Both the position numbers and the translations under genes were made by a program. A model generated the notes under the pieces. That model made no database searches and was not told the origin of the DNA. It saw nothing but the letters and a program-made list of their open reading frames with translations. DNA of 61,403 nucleotides, filler included, from Anaerolineae bacterium (lineage in GTDB: Bacteria > Chloroflexota > Anaerolineae > Epilineales > Epilineaceae): NCBI GenBank assembly GCA_029262755.1. It is 6 parts of 6 records of this genome, joined end to end, with 100 filler letters (N's around TTAATTAATTAA, not from the genome) between each part and the next. Parts side by side here need not be neighbours in the genome. Positions count along the whole stretch, not along the records: positions 32,774 to 39,097 come from JAJCYU010000114.1; positions 39,198 to 52,846 come from JAJCYU010000115.1; 4 more parts are not named here. One strand, 5' to 3'. The first letter of the stretch is position 1. The number at the start of each line of letters is the position of its first letter. Shown in pieces: positions 33,902 through 43,553 of the stretch.

Positions 33902-33938
33902 CCGCGGGCGGGACGATAGTACACCGTCCCGCCCGCGG
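33902..33938. terminator. 14-bp hairpin between pstS and pstC (mRNA stabiliser or partial terminator)
   Basis: CCGCGGGCGGGACG / CGTCCCGCCCGCGG perfect inverted repeat, no U-tract. Confidence 0.65.
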
Positions 33939-33961
33939 CCCGTCTACGACGAGGACCGGCG

Positions 33962-35089
33962 CTACCGGCCCAATGCGTCCACGAAGCTCAGGCGCGCGCT
34001 GTCCAGCACGTCGTCGGCCGCCGGGAAGTAGCCCACATCGACGACCTCGTCGTTGACGTAGGTCAAGAAGAAGTTCACGAAGGCGGCTACCTGCGGCTTC
34101 TCCCGCAGAATGCCGGCCGTCGTGTAGAGGTAGAGCGGACGGGCGAGCGGATAGGTGCCGGCGTCGACACTCGCCGCCGTCGCCTCGACACCATCGATCG
34201 CCAGCACGCGCAGGCGATCGGAGTTTTCAGCGTAGTAGGCATAGCCGAAGAAGCCGACGGCATAGGGGCTGCCCTCGATGCCCTGCACCAGGACGTTGTC
34301 GTCCTCCGACATCTGCGGGTTCGCGGCCAGGATGGGTTCCTTGTCCTCATCGAAGACCTCTTCCACGAAGTAGTCGAAGGTGCCCGAGTCCGTACCGGGA
34401 ATGAAGCGCTCGATGGGCTCGTCCGGCCACCCTGCGCGCACCTCCGACCAGGTCTCCGCCGTGGAGAACAGCGCGACAAGATCCTCCATCGTCACGTCCT
34501 CCGCAAAGTCGTTCGCCGTGCTTACGCTGACGGCGAGAGCGTCGGTTCCCACGCGGAACTCAAGCGGCTCGCGACCGATCTCGCGGCAGCTCTCGACCTC
34601 GGAGTCCTTGATGGGCCGGCTGGCATTGGCTATGTCGGTCTCGCCGGCTACGCAGAAGCGATCGAAGCCGGCGCCGCTGCCGATGGAGTCCACCGTAATG
34701 TTGCCTTCGTAGCCCTCGTTCTTGAATCGCTCCGCCATCCTCTCCGACAGCGGGAAGACCGTGGAGCTTCCCGCCGACACAATGTCGCCGGTCACGGAGA
34801 GCGGGTCGACGATCGGCATGGAGCCGTCGTCAGCAGGGGTGTCCATCGAGGATGAAGCTGAATCCGGGGCGACCGAACTCTCCGCCGCGTTCGAAGCCGG
34901 TTGCTTCGACTGGGTGTTGTTCATGCTGGTGCTCTCGGACGTGGTACGGCAGCCGGTCAGCGCGAGAGTGCCGACGAGTAGCAACGAGGCGAGCCGCAGG
35001 GTACCCAACTTCGATGTACCCATCTGCGGTGTACGAGAGTGCGATGGATCAAACTGCGGTGGCCCAAACTGCGATGGGTCGCTGTTCAA
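33962..35089 (-). CDS. pstS: Phosphate ABC transporter substrate-binding lipoprotein PstS
   Basis: TTG 35089 after AAGGAGG, lipobox LTGC, AGSSTVFPL, GSGAGF, ANASRPIK, DSGTFDYF, YPLARPLY. Confidence 0.95.
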   Translation of the reverse strand: MNSDPSQFGPPQFDPSHSRTPQMGTSKLGTLRLASLLLVGTLALTGCRTTSESTSMNNTQSKQPASNAAESSVAPDSASSSMDTPADDGSMPIVDPLSVTGDIVSAGSSTVFPLSERMAERFKNEGYEGNITVDSIGSGAGFDRFCVAGETDIANASRPIKDSEVESCREIGREPLEFRVGTDALAVSVSTANDFAEDVTMEDLVALFSTAETWSEVRAGWPDEPIERFIPGTDSGTFDYFVEEVFDEDKEPILAANPQMSEDDNVLVQGIEGSPYAVGFFGYAYYAENSDRLRVLAIDGVEATAASVDAGTYPLARPLYLYTTAGILREKPQVAAFVNFFLTYVNDEVVDVGYFPAADDVLDSARLSFVDALGR

Positions 35090-35205
35090 GGTGCCCTCCT
35101 TCTGGTGAATTGATCGTGGTTGTTGGCTGTAGGAATGCAGCGCGGCGCGCGCGGCCGACGGTTCGCACGCAACGTCTTGGCAGCCGCGCACGTCGTTCGG
35201 CGCGA

Positions 35206-36873
35206 TTAGTTGCAGCCGCATTGGTAGACGACGCTGTTGAAGAGCGGGTTGTAGGGCGTGCCGGGGTTGCGCAGGCTGAGCTGCCGCCGCGTGTGGTTCC
35301 ACTGACTGGCCGGCACACCTGGGTTGCACAGCTCGCCCCAGCCGGCGACCCGATCCGGTGACGCGAGCGCCAGCGCGATCACGACGGTCGGGACCTTGGC
35401 TTCCAGCCCCGGGCAGGCCTCGGCATTGGGGTTGGCCGGCGCGACAGGGGTTCGTGGTGTCGCGGTTGCCGGCGGGGCCGGCGTGCCGGGGACCGGCGTC
35501 GCGCTGGGTGGCGCCGTGGTTGGCTCGGGCGCGGTGGGACCCGAGAAGGGCGCGTAGGGATCGAGGGTGGCGCACGCGTCGCCCGTGACGCCTGGGTAGA
35601 GGGCCCAGACGTCCGCCAGTTCGTCGAGGTCGTTACGACCGCCGATGACGAAGAAGCGCTTGTTCACCTCGTCCCAAACGTTCGGGATCAGGCGGCGGCC
35701 TCGGATCACGGTCGCGTCTTGCTTATCCTTCGCCAGCCGCTCCCAACTCAGGCTGGCGTCCGGATCACCGAGTTGCGAGAGGTCGGTCCGCCAGAAGCCG
35801 GCGGAGCGCTTGTCGCCGTCCGGCACTGCGGAATCCGCACGGCCCATGACGGAGTAAAACATGTGTGTCTCCGTATCGTAGGCGCAGGCGCCTTCGCGGC
35901 GCGCTCCTAAGTCAACTAGGTTGGAAAAGCGCTCGCTAATGTTCGTCCATTCGCCTGCGTTTGCGTTCTTCGACAGGTCGAACCACCAGACCTCCTTCCG
36001 CTGCGGGCCCGCGTCGCCGCCGGTCTTGCCGCCAAGGACGACAACGCCGTCCACGTTCTTGGCCGGATCGGCTTCGTTCTCGATGTTGACGTATTGCGCA
36101 CACGTGCCCAGCCGCCGCGAGGGCACAGCGCCCGCGGGGCGAAACTCACTAATGCTCCACTTCGAGCCGGCAGCCGTCGCGTAGTAGATCTCGTCCTGCG
36201 ATTCGCGATCGAAGGCGTCGTCGAAGGTGCCCTGGCCGAAGATCAGCCGGTTACGCTTGGAATCCCATGTCGCCATCAAGCGATGCAGCTTGCCCTTCTC
36301 CGCGGCCAAGTCGGGCGGGAGCCGGTTCGCGCCACTGTTGGTGCGCCACCGGACACTGGACCGGCTGGCGTCGGAGCCGATCTGCAATTCCTTGATATCG
36401 CCGCCCTTCTTCGAGCTCGTGTCGAAGCTGCCGTTGTCGCAGCCGTCCTTGCCAAAGACGGACAGGTGTCGCTGCGGGCTGATCTGAACCGACGCCATCT
36501 CGCGACAGCCCTTGTCGTCCGCATCGCTGGTGTAGCCGACCCTGCTGCTGTAGGGAATCTTGGTCCAGCTCTTCGCGGAGCCGTCCAGCTTGATCGCGTA
36601 GAGTTCTTCGTGGGCCTCCGTGTTCTCTTCGCTTAGCTTCTCGCCACCGCCGGCGTAGGTCAGGACGCCAGTCTCCGCGTTGTAGGCGCCGAAGCCACCG
36701 TAGCGTGCGTCCGGAAGGTCCGGCAGCCGCACGTAGCACGCGTTCTGCGTCTGCAGGTTCTCGCCCTGGGCGGGCGCTTGGGCAAACGCATCTCGTGACG
36801 CCATCCCACCGACCACGGCCATCGCCGCGACGAGGCCGACGACCCGGATACCTCGCTCCATACCACCGTGCAT
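35206..36873 (-). CDS. Secreted Kelch-like beta-propeller protein with Cys-containing C-terminal domain
   Basis: AGGAGG RBS, signal peptide ending AFAQ, Kelch-like blades (YAGGG, VFGK, VLGGK, VIGGR), PT linker, terminal ~70-aa domain ending YQCGCN. Confidence 0.85.
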   Translation of the reverse strand: MHGGMERGIRVVGLVAAMAVVGGMASRDAFAQAPAQGENLQTQNACYVRLPDLPDARYGGFGAYNAETGVLTYAGGGEKLSEENTEAHEELYAIKLDGSAKSWTKIPYSSRVGYTSDADDKGCREMASVQISPQRHLSVFGKDGCDNGSFDTSSKKGGDIKELQIGSDASRSSVRWRTNSGANRLPPDLAAEKGKLHRLMATWDSKRNRLIFGQGTFDDAFDRESQDEIYYATAAGSKWSISEFRPAGAVPSRRLGTCAQYVNIENEADPAKNVDGVVVLGGKTGGDAGPQRKEVWWFDLSKNANAGEWTNISERFSNLVDLGARREGACAYDTETHMFYSVMGRADSAVPDGDKRSAGFWRTDLSQLGDPDASLSWERLAKDKQDATVIRGRRLIPNVWDEVNKRFFVIGGRNDLDELADVWALYPGVTGDACATLDPYAPFSGPTAPEPTTAPPSATPVPGTPAPPATATPRTPVAPANPNAEACPGLEAKVPTVVIALALASPDRVAGWGELCNPGVPASQWNHTRRQLSLRNPGTPYNPLFNSVVYQCGCN

Positions 36874-37354
36874 GCACTTCCTCCTGGAAGGATTCCAACC
36901 GTAGATGCGGGAGGCGGACGCCCCGCCGTTCCCGAACTCCTAGTGAGATCAGTTCGTGTTCGGGACGGAGCGTAGCCGCGTGGCGGCAACCCGCGCTTAA
37001 GGCGCCGGCATGGGTGGGTTAAGGCTGTGTGTTGGGCGCTTAATCTTCGGGGGTGGGTGGGAATCGCCTGCGGATGGCCGAAATCCGCATTGCGTGGGAT
37101 CCCCGCACAAGATTCGCCATCGCTGCCAAGGACGGCGGACACGGCTACCTTGCGGCCCGAACACGACTACCCAGCGATGGCAGTGCGGACGCTCGGGGTG
37201 GAGGGGGGCGCAGAGTGTAGCGAGGCGCCTCGGCCGTCCAACGGAGCGACGGCGGAAGGGGTCGGGCGATCAATTGTTAGAGCGTTCCGTCCGCACAACC
37301 CTCGTTCGGGATGAGTCAGCCGCGGCCCTACGCTCCTCTTGCGCCCACTTGCCC

Positions 37355-39097
37355 CTACCGCACGCCGATCGCGTTGTACGTGGCCGCGTCGACCGCGCCG
37401 GTGAGCGGGTAGTCGTTCACGATCACGGCGACGGGTTGCGGGCTCTCGATCACGGCCGCGCCGAAGGTGCCACGCGGGATGCCGAGAGCCGGGTCGCCTG
37501 GCCAGAAGGTGTGGCTGCCAGCCGCCGGAATGTCCACGACACACGCCGCACCGCAGGGGATCTCCGTCGATCCGCCGCCGGGGTCCGTGCTGCGGAAGGT
37601 GATGCGCACGCCGAGCGCCGGTTCGTCGCCCACGTTCATGACCTGGATGCCCGTGGTCAGGCGCAACGCGCTGTGGTCGTTGCGGAAGAGGGGCACGGCG
37701 ACGCGCTCGGCCGCTTGCGCCAACGGCACGGCGTTGTAGGCCGACAGCAGCTCCGTGCCGTTCTGCCCGTCCTGCACGATGGCCAGTACGCCGCCGGTGG
37801 CGCGGATCGTCGCAGAGCCGAAGCAAGGTTCGGGCATCGCCGGCGCCATGTCGATACGTCCGCCGGCGCCCTGGTAGAAGACGTGGCTCGAGCCTGCCGC
37901 GACCGTTGCACGTTGTATGTAGCGCGGGGCGGACTGGCAGGCCGCGAGACGTGGATCGGCGGCGGCGCTTGGGCGGAAGTCGATCGCAACGTCGACGTCC
38001 TCGTCGCCCGGGTTGACCACCGAGATGCCCGTATCGAGCCGGTCACCGGGGCGCAGGCCGGGCTGGCCGGCTCGAAAGAGGGGCACGGAGAGCGAGGTGG
38101 CGGCCGCGTCTGAAGGAACGCCCTCGAATCCGGAGACCGAGCGCGTGCCGGCGCCGATCAGCGCCTGCGCGCCGATGAGGCTGTCGGACGTAATGCTCAT
38201 TGAGCCGACGAAGTCATCGCCCAACTTCGTGAAGGCCGGGTGAACGCTGCCCAGATCGACGGTCACGCTCTGGCCCTTGCGCAGCGCGATGTGCCGCTCG
38301 GCGGCCACGGCGGTGCTGCCGGCGGCGAAGATTCGCAGCCGGGCGTTGGCCAAGAGCTTGGCCTTGGATTCGGGCGGGCTGAGGTTCTGGATCGTGATCA
38401 CCGAGTTCTGGCCCGAGAAGTTGCGCAGCACCAGCGGCACGACGAGCTCGTCCGAGGGCGCCACGTTGCTGTAGATCGCCGCGCCGCCGGTGGAGGGCCA
38501 GTCGGCGCGGTAGATCGCGGCCAGTGCGGCACCGGCTCCGTCGATCAATGCCGAGTAGGAAGTGGGGAAGGGCAGGTCGCTGAGGGGGAGGTAGATGTTG
38601 GCCGCGGCGCCGGGGGCGGTGCTGCGGCGCTCGACGTGGGCAGCGGCCGGTTGCTGCGAGAAGAGCTGGCCGGGGTCATAGGGGTCGTATTGCTCGTAGA
38701 AGGAGGCGGTGATCGAGGCCTCGCCGCCGCTCGTGGCGAGGTTCTGTACTTGGATGCCGGTGGCGCCTGGACCAGCGATGGGCGCGGGGCGGCCGATGTA
38801 CTCCCCGCCGACCACGGCGCCGGACTGGCGCAGCAGCTCAACGAGCATGCCGGGGGTGTGCTGGTTCATGGCGAGGGGCAGGCCGAGGGGGGCGGACGCT
38901 TCGGACTGCGCCGCGACGCCGGCGCCGGAGTCGAGGAAGAGCAGCTCCGCGGGTGGCGTGCCCGCGGAGGTGGGCAGGGGCACTCGCATCGTGGGTCGTG
39001 GAACCGTGGGGCCGGGCCCCAGCGCGACGAGTCCGCGGTTCGCGCTCAGACCGACGCCGCCCGGCACGAGGGTCGGGGGGAAGCCGTCGCCGCCTCC
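37355..39097 (-). CDS. Secreted or surface repeat protein (5' partial)
   Basis: Frame is open to the contig edge. Four ~110-aa repeats beginning TGIQVQNL / SVITIQNL / TGISVVNP / TGIQVMNV. Confidence 0.8.
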   Translation of the reverse strand, partial: GGGDGFPPTLVPGGVGLSANRGLVALGPGPTVPRPTMRVPLPTSAGTPPAELLFLDSGAGVAAQSEASAPLGLPLAMNQHTPGMLVELLRQSGAVVGGEYIGRPAPIAGPGATGIQVQNLATSGGEASITASFYEQYDPYDPGQLFSQQPAAAHVERRSTAPGAAANIYLPLSDLPFPTSYSALIDGAGAALAAIYRADWPSTGGAAIYSNVAPSDELVVPLVLRNFSGQNSVITIQNLSPPESKAKLLANARLRIFAAGSTAVAAERHIALRKGQSVTVDLGSVHPAFTKLGDDFVGSMSITSDSLIGAQALIGAGTRSVSGFEGVPSDAAATSLSVPLFRAGQPGLRPGDRLDTGISVVNPGDEDVDVAIDFRPSAAADPRLAACQSAPRYIQRATVAAGSSHVFYQGAGGRIDMAPAMPEPCFGSATIRATGGVLAIVQDGQNGTELLSAYNAVPLAQAAERVAVPLFRNDHSALRLTTGIQVMNVGDEPALGVRITFRSTDPGGGSTEIPCGAACVVDIPAAGSHTFWPGDPALGIPRGTFGAAVIESPQPVAVIVNDYPLTGAVDAATYNAIGVR

Positions 39098-39197
39098 NNN
39101 NNNNNNNNNNNNNNNNNNNNNNNNNNNNNNNNNNNNNNNNNTTAATTAATTAANNNNNNNNNNNNNNNNNNNNNNNNNNNNNNNNNNNNNNNNNNNN
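39098..39197. other. Artificial contig spacer
   Basis: N44-TTAATTAATTAA-N44. Confidence 0.99.
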
Positions 39198-40218
39198 CGC
39201 CGCCGAGCTCGCCGGCGCCGCGGACGCATCGCTCGACTACCGCACGGATGGCGCTCTCTTGGTGGCGCTCGACCGCGACGACGCCGAGGCCCTGCGCTTC
39301 CGGTTGGGCCTGATGCGCGATCTCGGGTTGCCGGTGGAGTGGCTCACCGGCCGCGCTGCGCGCCGCCTCGAGCCCCACCTGGCCCGCGGCGTCGTGGCGG
39401 CCATCCATAGCCCGCAAGACCATCACGTCGACAACCGCGCCGTGGCCGACGCGCTCATCCGGGCGCTGCGCGCCGCCGGTGGCGTGCTGCGCGAGCACAC
39501 GCCCGCGATCGGCGTCGAGACGGCCGGCGGGCGGGTCGTCGGGGTGCGCGTCGCCGTGGGCGGTCACGATAGCCGCAGCCACGGGGGTGACGGAGGTGAC
39601 GTCGATCGCGATGTCGCCTGGGATCGCGACCTACATGGTGTTCGCGATGTCGACCGTGACACCGAGCTGCTCCCGTGCGAGACGGTCGTGCTTGCGGCCG
39701 GTGCCTGGTCCGCCGAGATTCCGGGGCTGCCCGCCGACGTGCGGCCGCCGGTGCGCCCCGTCAAGGGCCAGATGCTGGCCCTTGCCATGGATCCGGCGGC
39801 GCCGCTCATCAAACGCATGGTCTGGGCGCCCGATGCCTATCTCGTTCCACGCGGAGACGGGCGCTTGCTCGTAGGCGCGACGGTCGAGGAGCAGGGCTTC
39901 GATACGACCCTGACCGGCGGCGCGCTCCTCGATCTACTGCGCGGCGCATGGGAGGCGCTACCTGGCGTCTACGACCTAGGGTTCGTGGAAGCCTGGGCCG
40001 GCCTACGACCAACCAGCCGTGACGACGCACCGATTTTGGGCGCGAGCACGCTTCCTGGTCTCGTCCTCGCCACCGGCCACCACCGTAACGGCATCCTCTT
40101 GGCGCCGATCACCGCCGATCTCGTGTCCGGGCTGATCCTAGAGGGCCGTTGGCCCGCGCTGGCACAGCCCTTTGGACCGGAGCGCTTCGCGCGAGCGGCG
40201 GATCTGTCGGGGCGCTAG
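39198..40218 (+). CDS. thiO: Glycine oxidase (5' partial)
   Basis: VLAAGAWS, VRPVKGQ, YLVPR, WAGLRP, ATGHHRNGILLAP; followed by thiS-thiG. Confidence 0.93.
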
Positions 40219-40317
40219 CGTTGCCGCCGGCTACCGGCCGCTGCGGACCGCTATCCTTGCGCGGCACGAGGCCGGCGCCCTCCTGACCCGTATATGCCGC
40301 CCGCCCAGGAGGAACCC

Positions 40318-40581
40318 ATGACCGCTCGGACGCCCGACCCCACCCTTGCACAAACCGATGCGCCAGAAGCGACTTGTGCCGTTTCCGTCAACGGCGAAGC
40401 CATGGACCTCGCCGCCGGTGCCGGCATCCTCGATGTCCTCCGCGCGCTCGCGATCGAGCCGGATGCGCGTGGCATCGCCGTCGCGGTCGACGGCCGCGTG
40501 GTTTCGCGCGGCGCCTGGGCCGAGACGGCCGTGGCACCGGGATCTCGCATCGAGGTCATCCACGCCATCGGGGGCGGTTGA
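40318..40581 (+). CDS. thiS: Sulfur carrier protein ThiS
   Basis: AGGAGG RBS, VNGE, IAVAVDG, C-terminal IGGG. Confidence 0.93.
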   Translation: MTARTPDPTLAQTDAPEATCAVSVNGEAMDLAAGAGILDVLRALAIEPDARGIAVAVDGRVVSRGAWAETAVAPGSRIEVIHAIGGG

Positions 40582-41450
40582 TGGACGGCGTACCGAACGA
40601 CCGCGTGACTATGCCGCGCGACGACACCTCGGCGCGTAACGACACCGCGGCGCGCAACGGATCGTCCAACGACGACCCGCTCGTCATCGCCGGCAAGACC
40701 TTCGGCTCGCGCCTTCTGCTCGGCACGGCGCACTACCCCAACCAACAGGTCATGCTCGACGCGCTCGAGGCCGGCGGTACGGAGATCGTCACGATGTCGA
40801 TCCGGCGCGTGAACCCGGCGGCGGGCGGCGAGAGCCTCTACGGGTTGATCGGCGAGCGCTTTCACCTGCTGCCCAACACGGCCGGTTGCTACACGGCGGC
40901 CGATGCGGTGCTCACCGCGCAGTTGGCGCGCGAGGCCCTCGGCACGAATTGGATCAAGCTCGAGGTGATCGGCGACGACGAAACGCTCTTCCCCGACGTC
41001 GAGCACCTGCTGGACGCGGCCGAACAGCTCGTCGAGGACGGCTTCGTCGTCCTGCCCTACTGCAACGACGATCCCGTAACCTGCAAGAAGTTGGCCGATC
41101 TGGGATGCGCGGCCGTCATGCCGCTCGGTGCGCCCATCGGCTCCGGAATGGGCATCCGCAACCCCTACAACCTGCGCATCATCCGTGAGCAGCTCGACAT
41201 CCCGCTGATCGTCGACGCCGGTGTCGGCACCGCATCGGCCGCCGCGCTCGCGATGGAGCTCGGCTACGACGGCGTCTTGCTTCAGAGCGCCGTGGCCCGC
41301 GCGCGCGATCCCGTGAAGATGGCGCGCGCCATGCGCCTCGGAGTCGAGGCGGGCCGGCTGGCCTACCGCGCCGGCCGCATTCCCCGCAAGCTCTACGCAA
41401 AGGCCAGCTCGCCGCTGGAAGGGCTGATCGACGCGGCATCGCCCGGATGA
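40581..41450 (+). CDS. thiG: Thiazole synthase
   Basis: [45 protein letters not shown]. Confidence 0.98.
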   Translation: MDGVPNDRVTMPRDDTSARNDTAARNGSSNDDPLVIAGKTFGSRLLLGTAHYPNQQVMLDALEAGGTEIVTMSIRRVNPAAGGESLYGLIGERFHLLPNTAGCYTAADAVLTAQLAREALGTNWIKLEVIGDDETLFPDVEHLLDAAEQLVEDGFVVLPYCNDDPVTCKKLADLGCAAVMPLGAPIGSGMGIRNPYNLRIIREQLDIPLIVDAGVGTASAAALAMELGYDGVLLQSAVARARDPVKMARAMRLGVEAGRLAYRAGRIPRKLYAKASSPLEGLIDAASPG

Positions 41451-42298
41451 CGCCCCCGCGATCGCCTCGCCGCGCTCCACCGCGCGCGAAGCGCTCGTTG
41501 CCGGACCCACCGCTGCTGTTCATCACGGACCGACATGCCGCGCGTGCGCCTCTGATAAGCGTCGTCGCCGAAGCGCTAGCCGGCGGAGCGCGTTGGATCC
41601 TCGTGCGCGAGAAGGATCTGCCGGACGCGGAATTCACGCTGCTGCTCGCCACGATCCAAGCGCTCGCCGCCCCCTTCGGCGCGCTCGTCGCAACGAGCGG
41701 CCGCCGCGAGCTCGCGGCGCCGCTCGGCATCCGGGCGATCCACCTACCCACGTCGGAGACCGGGTTCCCGCGCCGCGGGCCCGAGGACGTGTGGGAGGGG
41801 GCGAGGATCGACGACGTCCATGGGACGCGCGCGGAGGTTGTCGCCAAATCCGACGTAGGCGGACCCTACGTCCCCGTATCGCCGCTCGCCGACGACGAGC
41901 TTTGGCCGGCCACCGAAGCCGTCGCCGCGGCCCGTTCTGCGTTGGGCGCCAACGCCCTCGTCGGCTGTTCCTGCCATGCGCCGCGCGACGTGCGCATCGC
42001 AGCGGCGGCGGGGGCGGACTACGCCACGCTCAGCATCATCTATCCCACGACCGGCAAGGACCACCACGGCCCGCTGCAGGGTATCGAAGGCCTGGCACGC
42101 GTCTGCCGGAGCACGTCCATGCCGGTCCTCGCGCTTGGCGGCGTGCGCCCGGACCGTGTCGCGGCATGCCGCGGCGCCGGCGCCGCGGGCGTCGCCGTGC
42201 TCGGCGCCGTCCAACGCGCCGAACGACCGGCGGACGCGACACGAGCGCTGATCGCCGCGTGGCACGCGGACGCTGGGGGGCGCGGCTCGGACGGCTAG
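41447..42298 (+). CDS. Thiamine phosphate synthase / TenI family protein (divergent)
   Basis: [42 protein letters not shown]-coupled to thiG. Confidence 0.85.
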   Translation: MTPPRSPRRAPPRAKRSLPDPPLLFITDRHAARAPLISVVAEALAGGARWILVREKDLPDAEFTLLLATIQALAAPFGALVATSGRRELAAPLGIRAIHLPTSETGFPRRGPEDVWEGARIDDVHGTRAEVVAKSDVGGPYVPVSPLADDELWPATEAVAAARSALGANALVGCSCHAPRDVRIAAAAGADYATLSIIYPTTGKDHHGPLQGIEGLARVCRSTSMPVLALGGVRPDRVAACRGAGAAGVAVLGAVQRAERPADATRALIAAWHADAGGRGSDG

Positions 42299-42515
42299 GC
42301 GTGCGTGCAGGACGTATCGCGGCACAGCGCAGTGCCAAGGATCGCGGATCGGTTCGATTGCGTCTCGACGTCGCCGATCGTCATGCCGGACGCGTGGCCC
42401 CGCTACGCCGAAGGAGCGTGCCTACCCATCGGCGCCCTTCGTATCGGTCGCATCCGACGCGACCTCCACGCCCGCTCGGTGCAGCGTCCACCGCACGACG
42501 TATGCTCTCGCTCGG

Positions 42516-43553
42516 TCAGAACTCCTCGCCCGTATCGAACTCGCCGTCCACGTCCAGCGCGTCATCGTCGTCGGGCTCGACGTCGACGTCCTGCTCGCCG
42601 TCCATGTCCAACTCGTCCTCCTCGTCCGGCGCGTCCTCGACGTCCAACTCACCGTCCACGTCCGGCACGCCCTCCTCGTCGGGCGCGTCCTTGACGTCCA
42701 GCACGTCGTCCTCTTCGGTCACGGCATCGACGTCCAACTCGTCATCCTCGTCCAGCACGTCGTCTTCGTCGGAGGCGTCGTCAGCGACCATCTCGTCTTC
42801 CACACCCAGCGCGCCATCCTCGTCCAGTGCGCTCTTGACGTCCAACTCGTTGTCTTCGTCGGCGGCGACGTCACTGTCGAGAGCGCCACCATCGTCGCGC
42901 GCGCTACCTTCGCCGAGTGCGGCCGTCACGTTCAACGCGTCGTCCTCGCCCGACGCTCCGGCCTCATCGGGCGCGAGGTTGACGTCCAACTCGCTGCCGT
43001 CGTCCGGTGCGAGGTTGACGTCCAGTTCGCCGCCGTCGTCAGGCGCGACGTCGACGTCCAACGCGCCGCCGTCGTCGGGCGCGACATCGACGTCCAACGC
43101 GCCGCCCTCGTCCTCCGCAACATCGACCTCGTCCGCGCCCACATCGTCCGCGCCGCCGTCACCGCGACGTTGTGCGGCGCCCAGCGGACCGTCCTGCGTC
43201 GCGTCCTCCTCCTCCTCGGGCCACGCGCCGCGCGGTCCCACGCGCAGGCGGTAGATGCCGCGGAAGTCGTCCGGGTCGGCAGGCTTGCCCTTGCGCAGGA
43301 TGGTCACGCGCTCCTCGTGGGCCAGATGGGTGGCCGTCAGGCGGATGCGCTTGAGCAGCGACTGCCAGTCGATATCGAGGATGGCGCGGGCCACGTCTTC
43401 CGGGCGGACTCGGCCTTCGGGGCCGGCGGCATCCACCATCGTCAGGAGCTTTTCCTCCACGGCTTGGTCGCTCACCCGCGGTCTGCGCCGCTTGGGGGAC
43501 CCACCGACGCGTCCCGCCGACCCGCTGTTGTTCGCGCCTCGCGCATTGCTCAT
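42516..43553 (-). CDS. DUF3253-domain protein with long acidic repeat tail
   Basis: PEDVARAI..WQSLLKRIR..ILRKGKPADPDDFRGIYRLR; ATGA overlap with argJ. Confidence 0.8.
   Translation of the reverse strand: MSNARGANNSGSAGRVGGSPKRRRPRVSDQAVEEKLLTMVDAAGPEGRVRPEDVARAILDIDWQSLLKRIRLTATHLAHEERVTILRKGKPADPDDFRGIYRLRVGPRGAWPEEEEDATQDGPLGAAQRRGDGGADDVGADEVDVAEDEGGALDVDVAPDDGGALDVDVAPDDGGELDVNLAPDDGSELDVNLAPDEAGASGEDDALNVTAALGEGSARDDGGALDSDVAADEDNELDVKSALDEDGALGVEDEMVADDASDEDDVLDEDDELDVDAVTEEDDVLDVKDAPDEEGVPDVDGELDVEDAPDEEDELDMDGEQDVDVEPDDDDALDVDGEFDTGEEF
42520..43150. repeat. Degenerate 36-bp (12-aa LDVDVAPDDGGA) tandem repeat
   Basis: Recurrent GACGTCCAAC/GACGTCCAG cores at a mostly 36-bp period, more than a dozen copies. 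Confidence 0.85.

Noticed and set aside
35090..35575. 537-aa PstS
   Set aside because: The extension overlaps the Kelch gene; RBS and lipobox place the start at 35089.
37250..37354. Possible structured RNA downstream of the repeat protein
   Set aside because: Only weak GC pairing and no recognisable riboswitch consensus.
42520..43150. 36-bp periodic repeats as a CRISPR array
   Set aside because: In-frame degenerate coding repeats without unique spacers; no cas genes.
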